From Dendrobates tinctorius (taxonomy: Eukaryota), in assembly GCF_039654945.1 (NCBI RefSeq), contig NW_027362054.1, positions 6,448,001 through 6,512,000 of the forward strand: 64,000 nt of DNA. The letters run 5' to 3'. Positions 11,568-25,669 of the stretch are shown in pieces; position 1 is the first letter of the stretch; every line of letters begins with the position of its first letter. The notes beneath the pieces are model-generated. The model worked only from the letters and a program-made list of their open reading frames with translations, searched no databases and was not told the origin of the DNA. A program made the translations under genes and the position numbers.

Positions 11568-12822
11568 GCCTGGTATGTGGGCACAGACCCCCTGCTGGCG
11601 TGCCATGCTCTGTGTGTACATACCTGGTATGTGGGCACAGACCCCCTGCTGGCGTGCCATGCACTGTGTGTACATACCTGGTATGTGGGCACAGACCCCC
11701 TGCTGGCGTGCCATGCTCTGTGTGTACATACCTGGTATGTGGGCACAGACCCCCTGCTGGCGTGCCATGCTCTGTGTGTACACACCTGGTATGTGGGCAC
11801 AGACCCCCTGCTGGCGTGCCATGCTCTGTGTGTACACACCTGGTATGTGGGCACAGACCCCCTGCTGGCGTGCCATGCTCTGTGTGTACATACCTGGTAT
11901 GTGGGCACAGACCCCCTGCTGGCGTGCCATGCTCTGTGTGTACATACCTGGTATGTGGGCACAGACCCCCTGCTGGCGTGCCATGCACTGTGTGTACATA
12001 CCTGGTATGTGGGCACAGACCCCCTGCTGGCGTGCCATGCTCTGTGTGTACATACCTGGTATGTGGGCACAGACCCCCTGCTGGCGTGCCATGCTCTGTG
12101 TGTACATACCTGGTATGTGGGCACAGACCCCCTGCTGGCGTGCCATGCTCTGTGTGTACATACCTGGTATGTGGGCACAGACCCCCTGCTGGCGTGCCAT
12201 GCTCTGTGTGTACATACCTGGTATGTGGGCACAGACCCCCTGCTGGCGTGCCATGCTCTGTGTGTACATACCTGGTATGTGGGCACAGACCCCCTGCTGG
12301 CGTGCCATGCACTGTGTGTACATACCTGGTATGTGGGCACAGACCCCCTGCTGGCGTGCCATGCTCTGTGTGTACACACCTGGTATGTGGGCACAGACCC
12401 CCTGCTGGCGTGCCATGCACTGTGTGTACATACCTGGTATGTGGGCACAGACCCCCTGCTGGCGTGCCATGCTCTGTGTGTACATACCTGGTATGTGGGC
12501 ACAGACCCCCTGCTGGCGTGCCATGCACTGTGTGTACATACCTGGTATGTGGGCACAGACCCCCTGCTGGCGTGCCATGCTCTGTGTGTACACACCTGGT
12601 ATGTGGGCACAGACCCCCTGCTGGCGTGCCATGCTCTGTGTGTACACACCTGGTATGTGGGCACAGACCCCCTGCTGGCGTGCCATGCTCTGTGTGTACA
12701 TACCTGGTATGTGGGCACAGACCCCCTGCTGGTGTGCCCGGTGTACTATACACTGTGTGTACACACCTGGTATGTGGGTACAGACCCCCTGCTGGTGTGC
12801 CCGGTGTACCATGCACTGTGTG
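11568..12822. repeat. 54-bp minisatellite, ~23 near-identical copies
   Basis: Unit CCTGGTATGTGGGCACAGACCCCCTGCTGGCGTGCCATGCTCTGTGTGTACATA; 18-aa periodicity in all six frames. Confidence 0.95.
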
Positions 12823-13248
12823 TGAGTGTTGTCACTACTAGAGGGACCCTGGCACCTCATATACAGCATTGCCACAACATCGGTATACAGAATGGTGAAG
12901 GGCTTCTAATAAATGTCCCCTGGAGCATAAAGGGAACCATAAAGTTATAAAGTAGAGCATCTGAAGAGTCCTGCAGCACCACAAGCTGGGAGATGTCATT
13001 ATAAGCAGGCTGGCACATAGGCAGGGAAGCTGGGCATACTGACCTCCTTCATCCATCTGCAGGATGTCTATACTACCAGGCGGGGTGTGGCTTTTAAAGA
13101 CCCCCTGAGAGTCCGGCCTGCTCATCAGACGCTAGAGTTTGCTGCTTTATAACTTTATTTTTTCCCTTAATGCTTCAGGGACCACTTCAGAGAGTGTAAT
13201 CTTTAGAAAGCGGATACTGTCCTGTATAACACTATGGTGGTGGATTAA

Positions 13249-13763
13249 AAGGGCTGTCCACTTTATGCCACCTTCTGCCTGTTTGGTGAGCCTGCGGTGT
13301 ACGCTGCACAAGCCCCTGTGCTCGGCACGGTTCATGTGACATCACCGTTTCAGCCAAACCGCACAGTTGCAGGAAAACGACGCTGAACACGGAAGAGAAA
13401 GTAAAGCTCAGATTGTAGTTTTCACCTAACCGAACCTGCGAGCAGAACTTTGCTGAAAGTGGACAACCCCTTTAAAGGGACTCTGTCAGCACAGGATGAC
13501 TTTTTAAGCCAAGTACAGGCGCTTGGTGCTCTATGGTGGGAGACCAGTCATTTATATACACCTCCCACCTGCTTGTTTTCCCTTAATCTTTCACGCCCCT
13601 CTTCTTTGATTGACAGCTCGGGCTTCATAAAGCCAAAGAAGGGTGGAGATGGATGGAAACCAAGCAGATGTGAAGGTGTATATATAAATGATTGGCCCTG
13701 CCGTGAAGCCCTGAGCGCCTCTATGTGGTTTGAGCAATTATTCTGTGCTGACAAAAAGTCCCT
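13249..13763. mobile_element. Two adjacent TTAA-flanked T2/Kolobok-type MITEs (13249-13471, 13476-13763)
   Basis: TTAA-AAGGGCTGTCCACT...AGTGGACAACCCCT-TTAA-AGGGACTCTGTCAGCA...TGCTGACAAAAAGTCCCT-TTAA. Confidence 0.75.
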
Positions 13764-14382
13764 TTAATGTTTCCTAAGGTCAGTCCTGTGTGTGGCATAC
13801 CCCAATGGGGGTATGTAAAGCTGGCCATGCACATGAGATTTGGCCGACCGTTTTCTCTCCCAACAACCCCCATACGGATGAGTGTTCAGGTTGGTTGAGC
13901 TTTCATTGTGATTTGAATGGCTAGAGGGGAGAAACTTCACTGAAAATAGGCACGATTCTTCTGTCCCCCAACATTTGTCAGCGGAGAGTTTGGATGTCCC
14001 CATACACATCAGATGTTGTCCAAACTGACCTAGTTTGAGCTGAGGTGTATGGGGGGCCTAAAAGAGTTTTTCTAAGTAAAAAAAAAAACAACTCTATCTA
14101 GGTAATGGTAAATAACTTGTTGAATGTTGGACTCGATATTAGGGGCTCTGCAGCCGGGGCTGCAAATTATCCACTATAATATGGAAATGGGATAACCTGT
14201 TTTTTTGGGAATGACTCTTTAAGTCTGGTCTAAGTTTACGTTACGGTAGCCAGCATATTGAAGGACGCCTGTGCATGAGCACGATGGGGTACACTGTGTA
14301 GATGATGCCTATAGGATGTCGCATCCTCATGAAGCAAGGAAGGAGGATGGCGTTTGCGACCAGAGGGAAGGCGCTGGATCTA

Positions 14383-15618
14383 TAGTGTATTCAGACCCCT
14401 TTAAATTTTTCACTCTTTGTTTCATTGCAGTCATTTGGTAAATTTAAAAAAGTTCATTTTTTTTTCTCATTAATGTACACTCTGCACCCCATCTTGACTG
14501 AAAACCCCCCAGAAATGTAGACATTTTTGCAAATTTATTAAAAAAGAAAAACTGAAATGTCACATGGTCATAAGTATTCAGACCATTTGCTCATATGTAA
14601 GTCACATGCTGTCTATTTCCTTGGTTCCTCCTTGAGATGGTTCTACTCCTTCATTGGAGTCCAGCTGTGTTTAATTAAACTGATAGGATTTGATTTGTAA
14701 AGGCACACACCTGTCTATATAAGACCTCACAGCGCATGTCAGACCAAATGAGAATCATGATGTCAAAGGAACTGGACCAGGAGCTCAGAGACAGAATTGT
14801 GGCAAGGCACAGATCTGGCCAAGGTTACAAAAGAAGTTCTGCAGTACTCAAGGTTCCTAAGAGCACAGTTGACTCCATAATCCTTAAATGGAAGAAGTTT
14901 GGGACCACCAGAAGTCTTCCTAGACCTGGCCATCCAGCCAAACTGATCATTCATGGGAGAAGAGCCTCATGCTATGGGGGTGTTTTTCAGCTGCAGGGAC
15001 AGGACGACTTATTGCAATTGAAGGAAACATGCGGCCAAGTACAGAGAGATCCTGGATGAAAACCTCTTCCAGAGTGCTCTGGACCTCAGACTTGGCCGAA
15101 GAGTCACCTTCCAAAAAGACAATGACCCTAAGCACACAGCTAAAATAACAAAGGAGTGGCTTCAGAACAACTCTGTGACCATTCTTGACTGGCCCAACCA
15201 GAGCCGTGACCTAAACCCAATTGGGCATCTCTGGAGAGACCTGAAAATGGCTGTCCACCAACGCTCACCATCCAACCTGACGGAACTGGAGAGGATCTGC
15301 AAGGAAGAGAGGCAGAGGATCCCCAAATCCGGGTGTGAAAAACTTGTTGCATCATTTCCAAGAAGACTCATGGCTGTACTAGCTCAAAAGGGTGCTTCTA
15401 CTCAATACTGAGCGCAGGGTCTGAATACTTATGACCATGTGATATTTCAGTTTTTCTTAACAAATTTGCACAAATTTCTACATTTCTGTTTTTTTTCAGT
15501 CAAGATGGGGTGCAGAGTGTTCATTAATGAGAAAAAAATGAACTTTTTTGAATTTACCAAATGGCTGCAATGAAACAAAGAGTGAAAAATGTAAAGGTCT
15601 GATACTTTCCGTACCTAC
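14383..15618 (+). mobile_element. Internally deleted, degenerate Tc1 transposon
   Basis: ~200-bp inverted ends; transposase pieces SKELDQELRDRIV...PRPG (14757) and WPNQSRDLNPIGHLW...KGASTQY (to 15411). Confidence 0.85.
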
Positions 15619-16841
15619 CTTTGACAAGAGGCGCCCGCTCATTGAACTTCATTGTGCTATGCAGAGGGGGTTCGAAACTTGTACATCTTCCGAGAACACT
15701 ATTGAAGAGGCGGTAAAGTTGGTAGCAGTGCTTTATATTGGGAAAATCTGATGACTGGTTCTCTTTAATGATCTTGCATGATCTTTATAACTTGTTTGAG
15801 ATTGGCACTAAAGTGTGCCCCCTGTGGGAAGGGATGTTGTCAGATTGATGCACAATTTTTTTTTTTTTTTTCTCTGTAAACAATTGGGATATACATCATT
15901 TTGGTGCAATGCATGGGACGTTGGTTGACCTGAATTTGGTGACGTAAATGCGGTTTACACCAATTACATCTCCACTGACAGAGCAGTGTTTCTGCGGTGA
16001 TATTATGACTATGCTGCTTTGGTTTCTATGTAATGATGTTTCATTAAGAGCAGTGTTCATGTAACAAGAATCCAATTGCAATTGTAGAAATCCCAACTGA
16101 TTTTGGCTGGTGATGACATTCCCAAAAATATTGTCAACCGCCCCTTGGCATTCAGTATGTATGGTCAGGGTGACTGACTGTTACAGCCAAAATGGACTAA
16201 AATATATGGCTGCAGCCTCGTAACAGTCATTGACCCGACAATCATTTGTTCAACTACCATTCTTGCAACTGTGTGGCCTTCTTTAATGAGGACTAAACTT
16301 TTGACTTATTTCCTCTTTTTGAATAATATATATATATATATATATTAGTATCTATAATTTCCTGGACATTGCCAGGCATCCGAAACTTGGGACTCTTCAC
16401 CAAGCTCTGGAGACGGGAGCACACAGTTCCTGCATGAGTCAGTGCACAGAACAGATTATGGATTCAATAGAAAGCTGTTTCTCTAATTTTTGGGAGTAAT
16501 TTGCTTTTTATTGGTGGTTTTATTATTTGTGCTTAATTCTCTAAGTTGTATGCCATTTTACAAGTTCTCTAATTTTGCTTTATATTTTTTCTCGTCAACC
16601 TTGCCTATCCAAATGTGTGACAAATCGATGAAACGCAACTTTTTCTTTGTCGCAAGACAAAATAAGAAAAAAAATACTTAAAAAAATTGTAAATTATGAA
16701 TTGGGTCTCGTGACTTTTTTTGCATCTATATTGAACGTGTACTGTGGGCTTGCTCAGGAGATGCTGTTTTCTGCTGCCTCTTTAGCTAGGTTCTTCTTAG
16801 AGGTCATTTGAGTTCCCTGCAAGCAATAGAAGGGGCCAAAA

Positions 16842-17242
16842 AAAGGGTTTTCCACTTCTCAGACATTCGCTTTCCAGTTGCTATTTTCCCTCTAATGAAA
16901 TAACATCCATATATTCTTCTCCGATGTCGGTGCTGTTGCAGTTGTGTTGGAGCCTGGTCTCCTTGGCCTCGTGACATATGTCATGTGAGCCCTGCAGCCA
17001 TTCTGCGGTCGCTTGACTCATTCAGAGGAAGTCGGAGCTCACCAGTTCTCACATCTTCCGGAGGCCAGTTTCATTCGAAGGAAATGAGTGAAGTGACCGC
17101 AAACTGGTTGCGGGGCTCCTGTGGCAAAAATGTCACGTGAGAGCTATTGCCACCACCGCTGAAATGGAGTCGGCACGTGGGGTGAATATGGGCTGTTGTT
17201 TTAGCAATTGAGAAGGGGTTGTCTGGGTAGTGGACGGCCCCT
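16842..17242. mobile_element. T2/Kolobok-type MITE
   Basis: AAGGGTTTTCCACT...AGTGGACGGCCCCT-TTAA with internal inverted arms. Confidence 0.55.
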
Positions 17243-18875
17243 TTAAGGGTTGCTGAAGACTTACTATATGTATGTGACGACTACAGTGTGGGTCAGTAAG
17301 TTAATAATCTTCTGTGCCTCCTGCTTCCCTGACGACTAAGCTGTGGTGCCATTACTTGGGTGTAACAAATCCTGTCTATAGCTGAGGCATCAATTCACTT
17401 TTCCTTTCTTGTAGAAATGGCTCCACTGCATACAGTCTAGTTCTGCTGCTTACTGTCCTCCTTTATGCTCAGTGATTGGTTGTTTCCCAACATATTTCAA
17501 AACCTGGATATTAAAAATATTAGTAAAGTCAATATTTTCCATCATGGAGAAAACTCATTAGTCGTGTACACAGACTATTTAAGGAAACAAATGCAAATAG
17601 AAATTTGGTTTCAGAGGTTTTTCGAAAAGAAGCTGAGTAGAGAAAACCCTATAGACACTATATGGACTTTCAAGGCTTGTGAAAGCCAGGTGTCTGAGAC
17701 CGCCACGTGTCGTTACACGGTACGGCCTTTCTGGGATCTTTTTAACTGATCTTGCTATGTGCTATTTGTTCCTTGGGAAATTAGAAATATTCATTTAGCT
17801 AAAAAAGTTGTTCAATTTGTTCCATCAGCTGCACCGTCCACCATCTATTGTACATGGCTGCCTCCTGACAGTACACCGACAGGTGAGGACTAGGGGGAGA
17901 AGGATATGGCATGTTTATTTTTAACACCCGATCATTTTGTCTGGCAAAGGTGACCTATTAAAAACAAGTGAGCATCTGATCACACAAAGCATATTTGTGT
18001 ATGGGATATAGAGAGAAAGAGTTGGCCAAGCCAGGTTTGTGGGCATCTTAAGGCTCCAGGGCGTCCTCTTGAGTTTGGCGTGATATTGGCAGTACATCTT
18101 TTGACTTTGAGAAGTCTACACAATTGATATGTAAGGCCGTAATGATTTTGTCAGGCCTGATCACGCTGCGTTTATGCAGTGAGTCTCTTCTTGGGGTTGT
18201 CTAAATCCCTGAAAAATGTGATTCAGATGGGATCGCCAACTGAGCAATAGATTCCTATCACAGATTTAGAATTCACTTGGTTTGTGCTTTTTTTTTTTTT
18301 TTCCCCAGCAGTGTCCTTTTTTTTTTTTTTTTTTTAATAGCAGCACAAAAATGTCTCCATATACTTTGTTTGGACTACAGATGCATTGGGGGACCGGATA
18401 GCTGCCATCTTAGTTCTCCTAATGGACAGAAGCTGGGTCTGATCAAATGTTAGATTGAGCTGACAGATGCACTGCAGACACAAGTGTTGCAGAGAATTTT
18501 ATGGGCAATCAAGATCACTTAAATAGGTTGTCTCATCATGTTTAGTGTATAAAATTGTAATGTGCTTGTAAAAACAAGCAAATTTTCAATTTCCTTACTA
18601 AAAATCCTGTGTTGTAAAGAAAGGAGTGATTTTTAACTTTATGGTTTACTCTTGGTTGCTTGATCGCTGGATCCTATCAGCCTCTGTGCCCCTGCACTCA
18701 GCGACAAAGCTAGCACTGCTATCCAATGCTGCAAGCACAAGCGTGACTATGGGAGGCAGGGGTCAAGTGCACTTTTGAAGTGTAAAGGTGGGAGAACAAT
18801 TAGTAGAACAAAAGAGGGAAAAAAGTTTACCACGTGTTAATAAATATCTTCATAAAGATATAATGAATTTGTATA

Positions 18876-21190
18876 CAGTGGTGAACATAAGTATTTGACA
18901 CACTGTCGATTTTGCTAGTTTTCCCACCTACAAAGAATGGGGAGATCTGTAATTTATTTCATGGGTATACTTCAGCTGTGATAGACAGAATCTAAAAATA
19001 AAAAACAGAACATCACATTGTATGATTTTTTTTTTTTTTAAATAATTAAATTGCATTTTATTACATGAAATACTGTTAGTATTTGATCACCTACCAACCA
19101 GCAATGATTCTGACTCACAGACCTGTTAGTTTTTCTTTAAGAAGCCCTCCTACTCTGCACTCATTACCTGTATTAATTGCACCTGTTTGAAGTGAACTTG
19201 TTACCTGTATAAAAGACACCTGTCCACATAATCACACTCCAACCTCTCCACCATGGCCAAGATCAAAGAGCTGTCTAAGGACACCAGGGACAAAATTTTA
19301 GACCGGCACAAGGCTAAGTTGGGCTGCAGTACAATAGCAAGCAGCTTGGTGAAAAGGCAACAGCTGTTAGTACAATTATTAGAAAATGGAAGAAACCCAC
19401 GATGACTGTCAATCTTCCTCGTTCTGGGGTTCCATGCAAGGTCTCGCCTTGTAGGGTTAAGATGATTTTGAGAAAGGTCAGAAATCAGCCTAGAAATGTA
19501 TGGGAGGACCCGGTCAATGACCTAATGAGAGCCATTAGTAACACACTATACTGTCATGGATTAAAATCCTGCTGGGCACACAAGGTCCCCCTACTCATGC
19601 CAGCACAGGCCCATTTGAAGTTTGCCAGTGACCATCTGGCTGATCCAGAGGAGACAAAGGAGAAGGTCATGTGGTCTGATGAGACCAAAGTAGAACTTTT
19701 TGGCAACATCTCCTCGCCGTGTTTGGAGGTAGTAGAAAAATGAGTACAACCCCAAGAACACTGTCCCAACCGTGAAGCATGGTGGGGGGAAAACTCACAC
19801 TTTGGGGGTGATTTTCTGCAAAGGGGAGAGGACGACTGCACCATCTTAGGGTGGATGAATGGGGTCATGTATCGCAAGATTTTGGCCAACAACCTCTTTC
19901 CCTCAGTAAGCGCATTGAAAGTGGTTCATGTCTGGGTCTAATAGCATTACAGTGATCCGAAACACACAGCCAGGGCAACTAAGGAGTGGCTCCGTAAGAA
20001 ACATTTGAAGGTCCTGGAGTTGCCTCGCCAGTCTCCAGACCTGAACTTAATAGAAAATCTTTGGAGGGAACTGAAACTCAATGTTGCCCAGCAACAGCCC
20101 TGAAACCTGGAAGATCTGCATGGAGGCGTGGGCCAAAATCCCTGCTGCAATGTGTGTAAACTTGGTCAAGAACTACAGGAAATGTCTGACCTCTGTAATT
20201 GCAAACATAAAGGTTTCTATATCAAATATTATGTTTTGTTTTTCTGTTGTATCAAATACTTCTTTCATTCAATGTGATTTTCTGGTTTTTATTTTTAGAT
20301 TCTGTCTTTCACAGTTGAAGTGTGCCTATGATAATAATTACAGACCTCTCCCTTCTCTGTAGGTGGGAAAACTGTGTAAGTGTAATATATATAATATTAT
20401 ACCGAGTATGCATTGTCCTCGCATCCCTATCCTGGTATGCAGCATGGCCTCCTTATCCCTGTCCTGGTATGCACGGGCTCCTCCTCCCCTGTCCTTGTGT
20501 GCACGGGCTCCTCCTCCCCTGTCCTTGTGTGCACGGGCTCCTCCTCCCCTGTCCTTGTGTGCACGGGCTCCTCCTCCCCTGTCCTTGTGTGCACGGGCTC
20601 CTCCTCCCCTGTCCTTGTCTGCACGGGCTCCTCCTCCCCTGTCCTTGTCTGCACGGGCTCCTCCTCCCCTGTCCTTGTCTGCACGGGCTCCTCCTCCCCT
20701 GTCCTTGTCTGCACGGGCTCCTCCTCCCCTGTCCTTGTCTGCACGGGCTCCTCCTCCCCTGTCCTTGTCTGCACGGGCTCCTCATCCCTGTCCTTGTCTG
20801 CACGGGCTCCTATGAGAAAAGCATAAAAAAACTTTCCTTCCCTGCGTGCCCTCGCAGCATCTTTTCTTCGTGATCGGCCGGCTGCAGGAGCTCCTGAAAG
20901 CCGGAACAAGATGCTGCCAGGGCGTGCAAGGAAGGCGGCTGTAACTGTCTGCTCTGTAAGAGAAATGAATATTCATTGCCAGTGCAGTGAATATTCGTTT
21001 CTCTTTAGCAGCAGCACAGGAATTAGCCACAGCCGTCGGCTCCTGCCTCTGTGACCCGCTGCTTCACCGCTCCCCCACCGTCTTCTGGGACAATGACTCG
21101 TGTATAAGCTAAGGGTGGCATTTTCAGCACAAAAAAAATGTGCTGAAAAACTCCGCTTACACACGAGTATATATGATATTTTCCCCACTG
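18876..21190 (+). mobile_element. Degenerate Tc1 transposon whose right TIR is interrupted by a pogo-type MITE
   Basis: TA|CAGTGG...CCACTG|TA; ATG 19253 [39 protein letters not shown]; multiple frameshifts. Confidence 0.85.
20385..21175. mobile_element. pogo/Tigger-like MITE remnant carrying a 30-bp minisatellite (20450-20810, ~12 copies)
   Basis: Right end GCTGAAAAACTCCGCTTACACACGAGTATATA; unit GTCCTTGTGTGCACGGGCTCCTCCTCCCCT. Confidence 0.65.
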
Positions 21191-21865
21191 TATCTGTGTC
21201 CTCAAAGCCAAAAATTACTGCTTACTTATGGGTGAATTCTAAAACATTGAGACGTCTACCCAATTAATTTTAGGAACCGGTGCTGAAAGTGGGTACCCCA
21301 ATCTGTGTAATGAGAATTCACCCTTGAGCCTTATCTGTTTAATAGCGGTCTTATCTTGACTGTTCTCTGCCTATAACTTCAAGCTTAGCTGACCCCATTT
21401 GAAGCCCCTATCACAGAATTCGTGATATTTGACGAAGAGAATAGTGTAACACGTAGCGCTGTTCCCGCAGTCAAAATGACACAGCGGCACGCAGTTGACC
21501 TCATTCAGATAAAATTACAGCTCCTGTGTTCACCTGAGTGATCATCCAAGCAGAATTGTGAAGGAATGCAAGTTGATTAACTGTGATTTGGTCAGAATTG
21601 AGGGGACTTGGTTGCTCCAGAGAACACAGGAGCTGCTGTAGACCAAACCATCAGGCGAGTTCTCTGCCAGATCTGACAGTGACTAGAAACTGCTGACACT
21701 GAACCTTACAAAATTGATAGAAATTTTACAGAAGTATTGCTTAAATAACATCACATCGTTTCATTTAACCCCTTCTGCTCCCCAATGTTGTACATAGCCT
21801 TTAAGGTTTAGGAGACTTCCTGCTGCTAATTTTGAAGATCCTTTCCTAACTGCTGTAGGATTGTA

Positions 21866-23430
21866 CAGTCATGGCCAAAAGTTTAGAGAACGACACAAAT
21901 ATTATATTTTCACATGATCTGCTGGCCTCTGGTTTTTATGTGTGTTTGTCAGATGTTTTTATCACATACAGAAATATAATTGCAATCATATTATGAGTAG
22001 CAAAAGGTTATATTGACAGTTAGAATGAGTTAATGCAGCAAGTCAATATTTGCAGTGTTGACCCTTCTTCTTCAGGACCTCAGCAATTCTCCCTGGCATG
22101 CTCTCAATCAACTTCTGGATCAAATCCTGACTGATAGCAGTCCATTCTTGCAAAATCAATGCTTTTATTTTGTCTGAATTTGAAGGTTTTTGTTTGTCCA
22201 CCCGTCTCTTGATGATTGACCACAAGTTCTCAATGGGATTAAGATCTGGGGAGTTTCCAGGCCATGGTCCCAAAATCTCTGTTTTGTTCCCTGAGCCATT
22301 TAGTTATCACCTTTGCTTTATGGCAAGGTCCTCCATCATGTTGAAAAAGGCATTGTTGATCGCCAAACTGCTCTTGGACGGTTGGGAAAAGTTGCTCTTG
22401 GAGGACATTCTGGTACCATTCTTTATTCATGGCTGTGTTTTTAGGCAAGACTGAGAGAGAGCCCATTCCCTTGGCTGAGAAGCAACCCCACACATGAATG
22501 GTTTCAGGATGCTTGACAGTTGGCATGAGACAAGACTGGTGGTAGCGCTCACCTGGTCTTCTCCGAATAAGCCATTTTCCAGATGTCCCAAACAATCAAA
22601 AAGGGGATTCATCAGAGAAAATGACTTTACCCCAGTCCTCAGCAGTCCACTCCCTGTACCTCTTGCAGAATATCAGTCTGTCCATGATGTTTTTCCTGGA
22701 GAGAAGTGGCTTCTCTGCTGCCCTCCTTGAGACCAGGCCTTGCTCCAAGAGTCTCCGCCTCACAGTGCGTGCAGATGCACTCACACCTGCCTGCTGCCAT
22801 TCCTGAGCAAGCTCTGCACTGCTGGTAGCCCGATCCCGCAGCTGAAACACTTCTAAGAGATGGTCCTGGCGCTTGCTGGTCTTTCTTGGGCGCCCTGGAG
22901 CCTTTTTGGCAACAAGGGAACCTCTCTCCTTGAAGTTCTTGATGATGCGATAGATTGTTGACTGAGGTGCAATCTTTCTAGCTGCGATACTCTTCCCTGT
23001 TAGGCCATTTTTGTGCAGTGCAATGATGACTGCACGTGTTTCTTTAGAGATAACCATGGTTAACAGAAGAGAAACAATGATGCCAAGCACCAGCCTCCTT
23101 TTAAAGTGTCCAGTGGTGTCATTTTTACTTAATCATGACAGATTGATCTCCAGCCCTGTCCTCATCAACACCCACACCTGTGTTAATGGAGCAATCACTG
23201 AAATGATGTTAGCTGGTCCTTTTAAGGCAGGGCTGCAATGATGTTGAAATGTGTTTTGGTGGATAAAGTTCATTTTCTAGGCAAATATTGACTTTGCAAG
23301 TAATTGCTGTTAAGCTGATCACTCTTTATAACATTCTGGAGTATATGCAAATTGCCATTAGAAAAAATGAAGCAGTAGACTTTGTAAAAATTAATATTTG
23401 TGTCATTCTCAAAACTTTTGCCCATGACTG
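21866..23430 (-). mobile_element. Near full-length Tc1/mariner transposon with frameshifted transposase (22043-23057), possibly DD35E type
   Basis: TA|CAGTCATGGCCAAAAGTTT...AAACTTTTGCCCATGACTG|TA; GRPRKT, IFSDES, VWGCFS, FQHDGG, PGNSPDLNPIENLW motifs across three frames. Confidence 0.92.
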
Positions 23431-23521
23431 TAGAAGTGTGGTAAGCGTGATTGATCTTCTGTGATAGCTTGTTGGATGCTAGAATAGACCTTGTTTTCAG
23501 AGATGTGTCACTATATCCCCA

Positions 23522-23768
23522 CATATTTATTTTATTTGCTTACTTAGTGACATTAAATTTCCACAACACTTTACAGTCCTCTTCACTGTCCCCATTGGGG
23601 CTCACAATTTAAATTCCTGATCACTAGGTCTATGGAGTATGGGAGGAAACCCACACAAATGCGGAAAGAACATACAAACTCCTTGCAGATGTTGTCCTTG
23701 GTGGAATGTGAACCCAGGACTCCAGCACTGCAAAGCAACAGTGCTACCCACTGAGCCACTGTGCCGCA
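23522..23768 (-). mobile_element. tRNA-derived SINE (V-SINE-like), degenerate
   Basis: Reverse complement of the SINE at 39417 (GTGGCTCAGTGG box A, GGTTC box B-like, shared body). Confidence 0.8.
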
Positions 23769-24319
23769 CTTGCCAGTTCTAGTCTAAATTTACCTGTTAT
23801 TACTTCTTAACGAGAATCGCACACCAGGTTTTTACCACTTAATTGAAATGCAGCATAATGAATATAGAGATAGAGTCCCTGATGCCAGCTATGTGTCACT
23901 TATTGAACTGCTTGTCATACTTAAGATAAAATCACTATTTTATCAGGTCATTATCACTAAAGGACTAGTAAACATGCCTCCAATCTCATGAGCTCTTTAT
24001 AAACCCACCTCTGCCACTGAGCGTCAGTTTTCTGCCTATGCACAGCTTACACAGACTGCTGTCAGTGCTGTTGTCGGGGTTATACAGAGCTCAGCATTCA
24101 GAACAGCTAGAAATGCAGCAGAGAAAATAGGGAGTTTATTATAACGGCAGCAAGCAGATCAGTATGTGATACTTTGCTGGAATCAGGGTCTCTATCTCTA
24201 CATTCATTACGCTCAGTTCCAATTAAGTGGCAAAAACATGGTGTCTGATTCTTTTTAAGAAATAAGAATGGGATAATCTGCTATTTTATGCCCTCTCCAC
24301 AACTTTGTTTATACCATAA

Positions 24320-24656
24320 GGGTGAGTGCACACGTTGCGGATTCTGCTGCGGATTTTTCCGTGCAGATTTGTCCAAGTCCGTAGGTCCAAAGACCTGCGG
24401 TTTATCTGCGGATTTAGTGCGGTTTGACACCTGTCATGGAGCAGGTGCCAAACCGCTGCGGAATCCGCACAAAGTGACATGCTGCGGATTTGAAACCGCA
24501 GCAAATCTGTGCGGAAAAATCCGCAACGTGTGCACTGCGTTTTTCTTTTTACATAGACTAAAATGGTACTGTAAAACGCAGCAGAAACTGCTGCGGATCC
24601 GCAGGGCCAAATACGCTGCGGATCCGCAGCAGAATCCGCAACATGTGCACAGACCC
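24320..24656. mobile_element. Harbinger-type MITE
   Basis: GGGTGAGTGCACACG / TGTGCACAGACCC, TAA TSD. Confidence 0.85.
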
Positions 24657-25192
24657 TAAGTGGTAAGAGCAGTAAAGGGGCTTTGTGGTTAGCATTTGTC
24701 AACCATATTAACTATGTAACACAGCGATACATCCCTGCTGCACTCAGATAGGGAAGCAAAAATATGGAGGCTGATTCCCTTTAGTTTCCAGGGAAGTTGA
24801 ACTTCTCTGGATGCAAGTTTGGTTGTTGGGGTCCAGGACAATGAGCAGGATTAGGTTTCCTTAGCTTCTCGGGTTGCTGACCTCGAGTCAATTGGGTGAG
24901 GAGATGAACAACTTTAATTACATTTTAGCACCATGGTAGCAAGAGGGGATTTACAGCTATACAGAAGAAGGTTAGAAAACATGGCGTGCCCATCAGGAGA
25001 CAAGCTAGGTACATCATGTTAAGTATATTTTTGTATTACTGTATCAAATATATTATGAACTAGCTGAAGAGCCCGACTCTGCCTGGCCATAGTAACTAAC
25101 TACGGTTAGATATATATATAAAAAAAAAAATATATATATATATATCTCTCTCTGAGTGTAAAGCCCCACCCACTCCGCATAGCCACATTCAC

Positions 25193-25498
25193 TATAATAT
25201 CCCACATCGTCCCGTCAGCCAGAGCCACTGGACTACTACCACTAATATCCCACATCAGCCAGAGCCACTGGACTACTACTCCTAATATCCCACATCATCC
25301 CATCAGCCAGAGCCACTGGACTACTACTCCTAATATCCCACATCATCCCATCAGCCAGAGCCACTGGACTACTACTCCTAATATCCCACATCATCCCATC
25401 AGCCAGAGCCACTGGACTACTACTCCTAATATCCCACATCATCCCATCAGCCAGAGCCACTGGACTACTACTCCTGATATCCCACATCATCCCATCAG
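25193..25498. repeat. 48-bp minisatellite, ~6 copies
   Basis: TAATATCCCACATCATCCCATCAGCCAGAGCCACTGGACTACTACTCC. Confidence 0.9.
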
Positions 25499-25669
25499 TC
25501 TGGAGTCAGAACCAGAGCACTGAGCGGAACGGTCCTAACTTCCATACCGGGGATCCCTTTAAGAGAGGCCTGGGGTCAGTACCAAAGTGCAGACTGGATT
25601 TGCCCTGACTTGCATACCAATGATCCCTTTAAGAGACCCTGGGGTCAGAACCACAAAGCTGAGTGTAAC

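Noticed and set aside
11326-12950. Six overlapping ORFs of 397-496 aa
   Set aside because: Translations of a stop-free 54-bp minisatellite; no domain content
20322-20909. Cys/Pro-rich repetitive ORFs (LLLPCPC)
   Set aside because: 30-bp tandem repeat; not a metallothionein- or keratin-associated gene
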